From NCBI GenBank assembly GCA_032249175.1, contig JAVVGK010000002.1, forward strand, positions 1 through 37,921: a stretch of DNA of 37,921 nucleotides, given 5' to 3'. The stretch is from Candidatus Hydrothermia bacterium. Lineage in GTDB: Bacteria > Hydrothermota > Hydrothermia > LBFQ01 > DSFT01. Of the stretch, positions 25,701 through 34,031 are shown piece by piece. Each line of letters starts with the position of its first letter. Within the stretch, counting starts at the first letter, position 1. A program made the position numbers and the translations under genes. The notes beneath the pieces were generated by a model. The model saw only the letters and a list, made by a program, of their open reading frames with translations, searched no databases and was not told the origin of the DNA.

Positions 25701-26143
25701 AAAACTTAATAGAAGTTGAAGTTAGAAATATCCTTTTTATTAAGAATGAGGAAGGGGAAGGCTCATTTCTTGTAATACTTGGAGAAAAGGAAGGAAAAAG
25801 GGTTTTGCCAATAAGTATAGGACTATTTGAAGCACAAGCAATAGCAAGAGCAAAAGAAGGTATAAGAGGTGAGAGACCTTTAACTCATGAACTAATTGTT
25901 AAATTATTTGAAGAAATTGGAGTTAAGCTTGAAAAAGTTATAGTTAATGACCTTATTAATGAGGTTTTTTACGCAAGGCTAATAATAAGAAAGGATGATA
26001 AGTTATTAAGTATTGATGCAAGACCATCCGATTCAATAGCAATAGCTGTTTTAGCAAATGTTCCAATTTTTGTTAGTTCAAGTGTGATGGATAGAGCAGG
26101 TGAAGAACCACCTGAAGATATAGAGGGTGATTTAGAGGCATAA
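25697..26143 (+). CDS. Bifunctional nuclease (DNase/RNase, DUF151) family protein
   Basis: LPISIGLFEAQAIA...RPLTHEL...FYARL...IDARPSDSIAIAV pattern of the BFN family. Confidence 0.8.
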   Translation: MKNLIEVEVRNILFIKNEEGEGSFLVILGEKEGKRVLPISIGLFEAQAIARAKEGIRGERPLTHELIVKLFEEIGVKLEKVIVNDLINEVFYARLIIRKDDKLLSIDARPSDSIAIAVLANVPIFVSSSVMDRAGEEPPEDIEGDLEA

Positions 26144-26144
26144 A

Positions 26145-27557
26145 TTGAGAAGAACGAAAATTATAGCAACATTTGGACCATCTTGTAAAAATGAAGAAAT
26201 TATTAGAAAACTTATAAAAGCTGGTGTAAATATATTTAGATTTAATTTTAGTCATTCAAATGCTGATGAGCATATTAATAATGCTAAAATTGTAAAGAGA
26301 ATTGCTGATGAAATGAATGTAAGGATAGCTTTCTTACAGGATTTAGCAGGTCCAAAAATTAGAATTGGAAAGATAAAAAATAATAAAGCAGTTTTAAGAG
26401 ATGAGCAGATATTTAAAATCACTACAAGGGAAATTGAAGGAAATGAAGAGATAGTTTCTGTAAATTTTAAAGAAATTGTAAATTATGTTCAAAAAAATGA
26501 TATTATTTTAATTGCAGAAGGGACAATTGTTTTAAAGGTTATTGAAGTTAATGAAGATGAAATTATTACTAGGGTTTTAAAAGGTGGTGAAATATCTTCA
26601 AATAAAGGGTTAAACTTACCATTTAAGGAAATAGATGTTTCTGCTTTAACGGAAAAGGATTTGGAAGATATAAAAAAGGGAATTCAATTTGGTTTTGATT
26701 ATGTTGCTGTTTCATTTGTTCAAAAACCATCTGATATTGAACTTGTTAGATACTATTTAAGAAAATTTGGCTCTCTTTCAAAAATTATTGCTAAAATTGA
26801 AAAACCATCAGCGGTAATGAGAATAGAAGATATTGTTGATGTTAGCGATGGAATAATGATAGCAAGAGGAGATTTAGGAATTGAATTTCCAATAGAAGAA
26901 TTACCGATAATTCAAAAAAAATTTATAAAATTATGTATTCAAAAAGGAAAACCTGTTATTACTGCTACTCAAATGTTAGAATCTATGATAAATAATCCAA
27001 GCCCTACAAGAGCAGAAGTTACTGATGTTGCTAATGCTGTTCTTGATGGCTCAGATGCCTTAATGCTTTCAGGTGAAACTGCTGTTGGAAATTATCCTGT
27101 TGAAGCAGTATCAATTATGGATAAAATTATTAGAAAAGTTGAAAATTCAATTGATTATTCAAAACCTCCATTTAGAGTTTCTCAATCTCACTTAGATATT
27201 AATGATGCTGTTGCTTTTGCTGCTTATGAGCTTTCAAAGTTTTCAAATGCTAAGGCAATTGTTGCTTATACATTTTCAGGTGATACTGCAAGAAGAGTGG
27301 CAAAATTTAGACCTTCTGTTCCAATTGTTGCTATTACACCTAATGAGTTTGTAGCAAATCAGTTAGTTTTAAGTTGGGGTGTTATTCCAATTGTTTCAGA
27401 AATGGTAAATTCATTTGAAGAAATGGTAAATATAGCAAGAATGAAGGTTAAGGAATTAGGTTTAGTAAAGGAACTTTCAAAAATTGTTATAATAGCGGGT
27501 TTGCCTCTTAAAGTTCCAGGAAATACAAACTTAATACATCTTACAGATGTTCATTAA
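26145..27557 (+). CDS. pyk: Pyruvate kinase
   Basis: 470-aa ORF, TTG start. RRTKIIATFGPS, NFSH, AKIEK, MIARGDLGIE and MLSGETA motifs. Confidence 0.92.
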   Translation: MRRTKIIATFGPSCKNEEIIRKLIKAGVNIFRFNFSHSNADEHINNAKIVKRIADEMNVRIAFLQDLAGPKIRIGKIKNNKAVLRDEQIFKITTREIEGNEEIVSVNFKEIVNYVQKNDIILIAEGTIVLKVIEVNEDEIITRVLKGGEISSNKGLNLPFKEIDVSALTEKDLEDIKKGIQFGFDYVAVSFVQKPSDIELVRYYLRKFGSLSKIIAKIEKPSAVMRIEDIVDVSDGIMIARGDLGIEFPIEELPIIQKKFIKLCIQKGKPVITATQMLESMINNPSPTRAEVTDVANAVLDGSDALMLSGETAVGNYPVEAVSIMDKIIRKVENSIDYSKPPFRVSQSHLDINDAVAFAAYELSKFSNAKAIVAYTFSGDTARRVAKFRPSVPIVAITPNEFVANQLVLSWGVIPIVSEMVNSFEEMVNIARMKVKELGLVKELSKIVIIAGLPLKVPGNTNLIHLTDVH

Positions 27558-28756
27558 TAATACAGAAAAATCCCTAAAATTGCTGATAATGAGCTTGAAA
27601 TAAAATTCGTCATATTATTTGATAAATAACCTTTTCTTTCAAATAATGCTCCAATTATGGAATCAATTAAATTTCCAAAAATTCCTATTAAAAAAACAAA
27701 AAACCAATTTTTATGAAATAATGAAATAATTAAACTTCCTAAAATCCCACCCAAAAAACCAATTAAACTAATTCCGCCCGATGTTCCTTTTTCAACCTCT
27801 TTAAAATTTGTAATTAAATATGCTTTTTTTGAAAATTTCATCCCAATTTCTGTTGAAAATGTATCACTACACATAGAGCTAACAGCACATAAATGAGCAA
27901 AATAAAGCATATCATTTGGATAAAATATATTTAATATACTTAAAATAAAGCTAATTCCACCATTAGCAATAACTTGAAATAAATTTCTTTTTGTTTTCTT
28001 ATCATTTAATTTTGACAAAAATGAGCCAAGAATTAAAAACAATAATAATGGAATAACCCACTTAAAACCTCCTGAATATAAAATAAAACTTCCAATAATA
28101 AATGTTGTTATTCCTGCTCTTAAATCAAGCCAATTAAAAAGTAGTGAAATAAATGCTATTAAAAATGCGAAAAATATAGCGCTCAAAAATGGACTTAATT
28201 TAACATTTATAATTAAAATTGAAAAAATAACAATTAGTAAATTATCTAACCCCCTTTTTGAAACAAATTCAACACTTGTTAAAAAAATTGAGAAAACTAT
28301 TGAAAATAATAAATTTTTTGAAAAATAAATGGAAAATAAAAATGTTAAAAATAAAAATGTTAAACTTCCAATAATTGTCTTATCATTTTTATTGATTTTG
28401 TTTCCAATTAAGGCACAAATAGGGTCTGAAAAGAACATAGGAAAAAGTGTCAAAAAATATAAATTTTTATTATCATAATAAACTATTGTAGAAATAAGAA
28501 CAGCTAACGGATATAAAATTGTTCCAAAATTACCCTTCTCATCATATTTAGTAATTTTTAATTTCATTCCTAAAAAATTCAAAATTGTAAAAATAGCACA
28601 TAAAATAATCATTTCTTCTTTGCTTAAAAAATAGCTTGAAATAATAACACCGATTGAAATTAAAATATGTAAAATTTTTCTTGAAATAAAATCATTTTTA
28701 ATAAAAATTTGAACAAAAATAATTGAAGCTAAAATATAAATGAAAAATAAAATCAT
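27554..28756 (-). CDS. Fused polytopic membrane protein: N-terminal phytol/dolichol-kinase-like (CTP-dependent prenol kinase family) + C-terminal DUF92/TMEM19 (VTE6-type prenyl-phosphate kinase family)
   Basis: 400-aa ORF. N-half: SRKILHIL and FFSDPICALIGNK...KTIIGSLTF, as in the CdsA/dolichol-kinase/VTE5 superfamily. C-half: NLFQVIANGGIS, CSDTFSTEIG, VEKGTSGGISLIGFLGGILGS and NLIDSIIGALFE, as in DUF92. Calls come from motif memory only. Confidence 0.6.
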   Translation of the reverse strand: MILFFIYILASIIFVQIFIKNDFISRKILHILISIGVIISSYFLSKEEMIILCAIFTILNFLGMKLKITKYDEKGNFGTILYPLAVLISTIVYYDNKNLYFLTLFPMFFSDPICALIGNKINKNDKTIIGSLTFLFLTFLFSIYFSKNLLFSIVFSIFLTSVEFVSKRGLDNLLIVIFSILIINVKLSPFLSAIFFAFLIAFISLLFNWLDLRAGITTFIIGSFILYSGGFKWVIPLLLFLILGSFLSKLNDKKTKRNLFQVIANGGISFILSILNIFYPNDMLYFAHLCAVSSMCSDTFSTEIGMKFSKKAYLITNFKEVEKGTSGGISLIGFLGGILGSLIISLFHKNWFFVFLIGIFGNLIDSIIGALFERKGYLSNNMTNFISSSLSAILGIFLYY

Positions 28757-28759
28757 TTT

Positions 28760-29635
28760 TTAAATAACTTCTCTTGGTTTCAAATTCAAAATATCCCAAA
28801 TTTCATTTTCAACACAAGTATTTCCTTCAAGTAGCATTTTAATTTGCTCATCACTTGCAGGAAACAATTCAAAATATCTAAAAATTCTTGCTAATGGTAA
28901 GATAATAAATTTTGGAATATAAATGGGAATTATAAATTTATTTTTTGATTTTGCTATTGCTTTCACAAAATCAACATATTGCCATTCTTTATTTCCACAA
29001 ATATGAAAAATTCTTTTATATGTTTTTTCGTTATTTATACTCCTTACAAAAATTTCTGCAATATCTTCTCTATGAACGGGACTAATTTTATATTTACCAT
29101 CTGAAAAAATTGGGAAGAATATAAATTTAGATAAATCAAGGACAAGTTTTTTAAAATTAAATAACTCATCATCATCAATAATTAAACTTGGTCTAAAAAT
29201 CGTCCAATTTAAATCTGTTTTTTTTAGATATTCTTCTGCCATATATTTTGTTCTTTGATAATTTGTCCCATTTTCTTTAACACCATTTGCACTCATTAAA
29301 ATAAATCTATTTATATTTAGTTTTATAGCCAAATCAATTGCTTTTTTCGTAAAATTATAATGATAATCAATAAATTTGATGTTCTTTTGTGGAAATTCCC
29401 TTATCAAACCAATCAAATAAATAACACAACTTATATTATAATTCTTAATTTCATATTCATATTTTTCAATCTCCCTAATATCTCCAATTATTGTTTTTAT
29501 TCTATCTTTTAAATCTCCAAGTTTTCTTATGGAATTTTCTCTTACAAGAAGAATTGGATTGTAGTTATATTCCAAAAGTTTTCTTGTTATAGCTTTTCCT
29601 ACAAAACCGCTTCCTCCAAGAACAAGCACATTCAT
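28760..29635 (-). CDS. NAD(P)-binding SDR / epimerase-dehydratase family protein (NDUFA9/NmrA-like)
   Basis: N-terminal MNVLVLGGSGFVGKAI Rossmann motif. YxxxK-like YQRTKYMAE. 291 aa. Overlaps the carH-like stop. Confidence 0.75.
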   Translation of the reverse strand: MNVLVLGGSGFVGKAITRKLLEYNYNPILLVRENSIRKLGDLKDRIKTIIGDIREIEKYEYEIKNYNISCVIYLIGLIREFPQKNIKFIDYHYNFTKKAIDLAIKLNINRFILMSANGVKENGTNYQRTKYMAEEYLKKTDLNWTIFRPSLIIDDDELFNFKKLVLDLSKFIFFPIFSDGKYKISPVHREDIAEIFVRSINNEKTYKRIFHICGNKEWQYVDFVKAIAKSKNKFIIPIYIPKFIILPLARIFRYFELFPASDEQIKMLLEGNTCVENEIWDILNLKPREVI

Positions 29636-30495
29636 TTTCTTTTCCTCCTTTTATAAAGTTGATTTTTTATGTCTTTTAAAAGCTCTCTATACGATGTATA
29701 TATTTTTTTGTTTAGATTTGGTTTTTCTCCATACATGGGTCCTCCAATAAATAATATACAGTTTATTTCCTTACAACCTTTATCTAAAATCTCTATACTT
29801 TTTTCAAATTTCCTTTTATCAATAATATATACTGCTGAAATTATTAAAAAATTAGGTTTTTCTCTTTCAATTGTTTTTGTAATATCAGAGTAAGGTGTAT
29901 TTGCTCCTACATATATAACATTATATCCTTCATAAGTTAAGATAAAATCAATAATTCTCAAAGGTATTTCATGAATATCACCTTCAAGGGAAGTTATTAC
30001 AAGTTTTATTTTCTTTTTCTTTTTAGCTTCAAATAAATTCTTTAAATTGATAATTGATTCAATAATTTTTGATGAGGCAATATGTTCTTGGTCTACACTA
30101 ATTTCTCCCTTTTCCCAAAGCAAACCAAGTTCAGATAAACTTTTGCTTACAATCAAATCAAATGCTTTAATAACTCCAAATGAAAATAAAATTATTTTTA
30201 ATAAATTTTCAACCTCTTTTTGACTTTTATTTAACATATAATTTAGTAATTCCTTTGATAATTCCTCATAATCTTCAAAAATAATATAAGTTAGGGTATT
30301 GACATCAGCATTTGAAAAACCAGCTAAATCAATTATTTTATTATCTTTAATAAATTTTACAATTTCTTCAATTGGAAATCTCCTATGACCACCTATTGTT
30401 TTATGGAATTTTAATAATCCTTCTCTTGACCAGTTTTTTATCGTTGCTTCACTTACACCTAAAATTTTTGCTAAATCTTTGGTTTTTAAAAACAT
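29632..30495 (-). CDS. carH: CarH/LitR-type light-responsive transcriptional regulator (MerR-type HTH + B12-binding domain)
   Basis: HTH LKTKDLAKILGVSEATIKNWSREGLL...GGHRRF. Exact Wx9EH photoreceptor signature (WEKGEISVDQEH). B12-binding region GDIHEIPL...IISAVY...FIGGP. ATG 30495 is 3 nt after motif 30499-30512. The ORF-track start at 30558 would add a hydrophobic N-terminal extension and is unlikely. Confidence 0.8.
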   Translation of the reverse strand: MFLKTKDLAKILGVSEATIKNWSREGLLKFHKTIGGHRRFPIEEIVKFIKDNKIIDLAGFSNADVNTLTYIIFEDYEELSKELLNYMLNKSQKEVENLLKIILFSFGVIKAFDLIVSKSLSELGLLWEKGEISVDQEHIASSKIIESIINLKNLFEAKKKKKIKLVITSLEGDIHEIPLRIIDFILTYEGYNVIYVGANTPYSDITKTIEREKPNFLIISAVYIIDKRKFEKSIEILDKGCKEINCILFIGGPMYGEKPNLNKKIYTSYRELLKDIKNQLYKRRKRK

Positions 30496-30498
30496 TTT

Positions 30499-30512
30499 TA
30501 AAATTTTAAAGG
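30499..30512 (-). promoter_or_regulatory. Promoter-like motif CCTTTAAAATTTTA upstream of carH
   Basis: 3 nt upstream of ATG 30495. Divergent from the crtI promoter-like motif. Confidence 0.5.
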
Positions 30513-30522
30513 ATAAAATCGC

Positions 30523-30540
30523 TAAAAAAGATAAAAAAGA
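30523..30540. promoter_or_regulatory. Tandem perfect 9-bp direct repeat TAAAAAAGA x2 between the carH and crtI promoter-like motifs (candidate operator)
   Basis: Direct inspection. Located in the 36-nt spacer between the divergent motifs. A low-complexity A-run makes chance occurrence possible. Confidence 0.3.
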
Positions 30541-30548
30541 TAATTTAT

Positions 30549-30562
30549 GCTTTAACATTTTA
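30549..30562 (+). promoter_or_regulatory. Promoter-like motif GCTTTAACATTTTA upstream of crtI
   Basis: 7 nt upstream of ATG 30570. One mismatch in the TAAAAT core. Confidence 0.45.
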
Positions 30563-30569
30563 AAACTTT

Positions 30570-32000
30570 ATGAGAGCTGTTGTTGTGGGTTCTGGAATAG
30601 GTGGATTAGCTACTGCTATAAGGCTTAGAAAGCTTGGATATAAAGTTATTATTCTTGAAAAAAATGAAAAAATAGGTGGAAGGATGGATTATATTGAAAA
30701 TAATGGTTATTTTTTTGATACAGGTCCAACATTACTTTTAATGCTAAAACCACTAATTGAACTATTTAAAGAAGTTGAAGAAAATATAAATGACTATCTT
30801 AATCTTGTAAAAATTGACCCTCTTTATAGAATATATTTTAAAGATGGAAGTTTCCTTGAACCATCAAATGATTTAGCTTATTATGTTAGACAAGTCTCAT
30901 TAAAAGAATTTAAAAATTTACTTAAATTTTATTCTGACATAACTTATATGTATAACGATACAATTTATAATTTTGTAGAAAAAAATTATTATTCGGTTTT
31001 TGACTTTTTGAATTTAAGAAGTGTAAAATTACTTTTGAAACATAAAATGCTTGATAATTTGTATTATAGAGTTTCAAGATATTTTGATGATTATAGACTT
31101 ATATTTGCTAATACATTTCAGAGTATGTACCTTGGAATTTCTCCATTTAATGCTCCATTTGTATATACCGTTGTGAATTATATGGAAGCTATTGAGGGTA
31201 TATATTATCCAATTGGTGGTATGTATCAGATTGTTAAATCTCTTGAAAAAATTATAAGTAAAATGAATTTAAGAATTTTAAGAGAAACGGAAGTTAAAGA
31301 AATAGATAAAAAAACTAATACAATATATACAAATAAAGGATTTTTTGATGCTGATGTTATTGTAATAAATGCTGATTTACCATATGCTAAAAGTGATTTA
31401 TTAAATGAGAAATTACCAAATTATGATTATTCCTGCTCAACGATAATGTTGTATATTGGTTATGAAGGTTCAACGAATATGCTTCATCATAATGTATTTT
31501 TAACAGATAATTACAAACAATCATTTGAGAGTATTTTTAATAAAGGCATTATTCCAAATGATTTATCATTTTATGTTAATATATCTTCAAAAACTGATAT
31601 AAGTCAATCTCCTAAAAACTGTGAGAATATATATATTTTAATTCCTGTTCCTAATTTAAAAGTTTTAAGGGAAAATTTAAATGAAAAATTAAACGAGATT
31701 ATAAATAAGGTTTTTGATAGACTTGAAAGTCAAACGAATTTTAGAAGAGAAAGAATAAAATTCATAATAAAAAGGACACCTTATGATTGGCAAAGTTTAT
31801 ATAACCTTAAATATGGTTCTGCTTTTGGTCTTTCTCATAAGTTTTTACAAAGTGCATATTTTAGACCTAAAAACTACGAAAAGAAGGGTATTTACTATGT
31901 AGGAGCTTCAACAATTCCAGGAAGTGGTATTCCTATGGTTTTAATATCTTCAAAGCTTGTTATTGAAAGGATTTTAAAAGATTATGGTAATGCTCCTTAG
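30570..32000 (+). CDS. crtI: Phytoene desaturase (CrtI family FAD-dependent oxidoreductase)
   Basis: MRAVVVGSGIGGLATAIRL...ILEKN..IGGR dinucleotide fold. C-terminal YYVGASTIPGSGIPMVLISSK is typical of CrtI. Confidence 0.88.
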   Translation: MRAVVVGSGIGGLATAIRLRKLGYKVIILEKNEKIGGRMDYIENNGYFFDTGPTLLLMLKPLIELFKEVEENINDYLNLVKIDPLYRIYFKDGSFLEPSNDLAYYVRQVSLKEFKNLLKFYSDITYMYNDTIYNFVEKNYYSVFDFLNLRSVKLLLKHKMLDNLYYRVSRYFDDYRLIFANTFQSMYLGISPFNAPFVYTVVNYMEAIEGIYYPIGGMYQIVKSLEKIISKMNLRILRETEVKEIDKKTNTIYTNKGFFDADVIVINADLPYAKSDLLNEKLPNYDYSCSTIMLYIGYEGSTNMLHHNVFLTDNYKQSFESIFNKGIIPNDLSFYVNISSKTDISQSPKNCENIYILIPVPNLKVLRENLNEKLNEIINKVFDRLESQTNFRRERIKFIIKRTPYDWQSLYNLKYGSAFGLSHKFLQSAYFRPKNYEKKGIYYVGASTIPGSGIPMVLISSKLVIERILKDYGNAP

Positions 32001-32766
32001 AATAAGTTTTATTATATCAATTCTAATTTTTATTTTTAGTATTTTAGGATTTTTTGTATTAAAATTTTTCCCTCATTTAACAGCTAATGTTTCAAGTTTA
32101 ATTCCATTTTTTATTAAATTTGGTGCGATTGGATTTACATTATCAACTATTTTCTGTTCATTTATCATTAGTATAAATTGTTTTGGATTTTTTAGAACGG
32201 TTTTATTATTTTCAATATCATTTATAACATCATTAACTATGGAATTATCTTCAACTTATAATGGTTTTCCATTTGGTAATTATAAATATACTGATTTCTT
32301 AGGTTATAAAATTTTAAATGAAGTTCCTATAATTATTCCATTATCTTGGTTTTCAATTGTTTCATTATCTTATTTAATTGCTAAAAGATTACTATTTAGT
32401 GGGTTTAGTTTGATAATTGCTTCAACATTATTTGGATTCTTTTGGGATTTGTCTTTGGATTTTGCTATGACAAAAACTTACCCATTTTGGTATTGGATAG
32501 ATAAAGGCTTTTTGTATGACATGCCTATAAAAAACTGGGGTGGTTGGTTATTTACATTGTTTATAATAAATTTTGTATTTTATGTTTTAAATGGAAATAG
32601 TTCTGAAAGATATTCAAAATATGTTTTTTATTTGTATCTTTTAATTGTTGGATTTAGTGTTTTAATGTCGTTATTAGGAGGTGGTTTAGTTCCGTTTGTT
32701 TTTGGGGTTTTGGGAATTTTAATAATAATTTCAATTTCAATGATAAGAAATGTGAAATTATGGTAG
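31984..32766 (+). CDS. Carotenoid biosynthesis membrane protein (DUF422/CruF-like, putative carotenoid 1,2-hydratase)
   Basis: 260-aa polytopic ORF located between crtI and crtB. Size, topology and position fit the Caroten_synth/CruF family. No diagnostic motif could be verified by eye. Confidence 0.5.
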   Translation: MVMLLRISFIISILIFIFSILGFFVLKFFPHLTANVSSLIPFFIKFGAIGFTLSTIFCSFIISINCFGFFRTVLLFSISFITSLTMELSSTYNGFPFGNYKYTDFLGYKILNEVPIIIPLSWFSIVSLSYLIAKRLLFSGFSLIIASTLFGFFWDLSLDFAMTKTYPFWYWIDKGFLYDMPIKNWGGWLFTLFIINFVFYVLNGNSSERYSKYVFYLYLLIVGFSVLMSLLGGGLVPFVFGVLGILIIISISMIRNVKLW

Positions 32767-34031
32767 ATTATAAATTTTTTGAAAAAATTATATCTAAGCA
32801 TGCGAATACATTCTATTTAGCAAGTTTAAGTTTGCCAAAACATTTAAGGTACGATTTTTGGGTAATTTATAGTTATTGTAGATTAGTAGATGAGATTGCT
32901 GATAATTTTTTTATAATTAATGATAAACAGAAAGCTTTGGATGAAATATATCAAATTAAAGAAAATTTAATTTTAGCCTTTGAAGGAAATTATAACAAGG
33001 ATAATAAAATTTTTTTAGGTCTAAAAGAAGTTTTTAAAAAGTACAAATTTGATATAAAACCATTTCTTGAACTTATTGATGGTGCTATTTGGGATATTAA
33101 AGGTATTGAAATTGAAAATTTAAATGATTTAATAAATTATTCAAAATTGGTTGCAGGTTCAGTTGGAGCGATGTTATTTCCAATTATTTCAAATTATAAA
33201 AATGAAGAAATTTTAAAATCTGCTTATAATTTTGGGATTTTTATGCAAATTGTAAATATTCTTAGAGATGTTGGAGAAGATTATAAAATAAGGAAAAGAA
33301 TTTATATTCCAAGAACAATTTTAAAAGAATTTTCAATAAAAGAATTTCATATAAAACATGGCTTAATTACACCAAATTATATTGATATGTTAGAATTTTT
33401 AATGGAAATTGCTGAAAAATTATTTTATGAAAATGTTGATAAAATAAAATTTTTAAGAGAAGAAATAAGAAAAGCTATTTATAGAGCAGGTATATGGTAT
33501 CTTGAAATTTTAAATGCTATAAGATTTAACGATTATGATAATATAAATAAAAGGGCTTATGTAAATAGATTTTTTAAGTTTTTAAGTTTGTTTTTTGATT
33601 ATAGAATTAAAAAGGAGATTTTAAAAAGAGCTAAAAAATTTAAATTTTTAAAATTTGAAGAAAGGCTTGATGTTAAAAAAGATGTAATTGTAAATTTTCA
33701 TTCTGATTTTTCAAATGCTAATGTAAATTTACCCTTTGGGAAAATTATTGTTAGTGATGCTAAAATAGAAAGTGAAAAAATTATAGATTTTTTAGTTGAT
33801 TTTAAAATTTTTAGAAAAAAATTAACATTATATATTATTGAGTTTAACGAAAATGAGCTTGTGGATTACTTTGAAAATTGGTTTCATATACATAGATTTT
33901 ATGATAATAAAATTATTGAAATTGTTGGATATAAACTTCCTATTCCGGCATTCTTAATGAAACTATTTTTTAATATAAGATATAAGAGGTTAAAAAATGC
34001 GATTAATAAGTATATTTTCAAGAGATTTTAG
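32760..34031 (+). CDS. crtB: Phytoene synthase (CrtB) with about 140-aa C-terminal extension of unknown function
   Basis: SFYLASLSLPK...YSYCRLVDEIAD (first Asp-rich motif) and NILRDVGEDY (second). Typical CrtB ends near residue 280-300, whereas this ORF runs to 423 aa. Confidence 0.85.
   Translation: MVDYKFFEKIISKHANTFYLASLSLPKHLRYDFWVIYSYCRLVDEIADNFFIINDKQKALDEIYQIKENLILAFEGNYNKDNKIFLGLKEVFKKYKFDIKPFLELIDGAIWDIKGIEIENLNDLINYSKLVAGSVGAMLFPIISNYKNEEILKSAYNFGIFMQIVNILRDVGEDYKIRKRIYIPRTILKEFSIKEFHIKHGLITPNYIDMLEFLMEIAEKLFYENVDKIKFLREEIRKAIYRAGIWYLEILNAIRFNDYDNINKRAYVNRFFKFLSLFFDYRIKKEILKRAKKFKFLKFEERLDVKKDVIVNFHSDFSNANVNLPFGKIIVSDAKIESEKIIDFLVDFKIFRKKLTLYIIEFNENELVDYFENWFHIHRFYDNKIIEIVGYKLPIPAFLMKLFFNIRYKRLKNAINKYIFKRF

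Noticed and set aside
29669-29893. 74-aa plus-strand ORF antisense to carH, and the 35772-35978 ORF in an alternative frame of the methyltransferase
   Set aside because: The host ORFs carry diagnostic motifs (Wx9EH and SAM motif I). The embedded ORFs do not.
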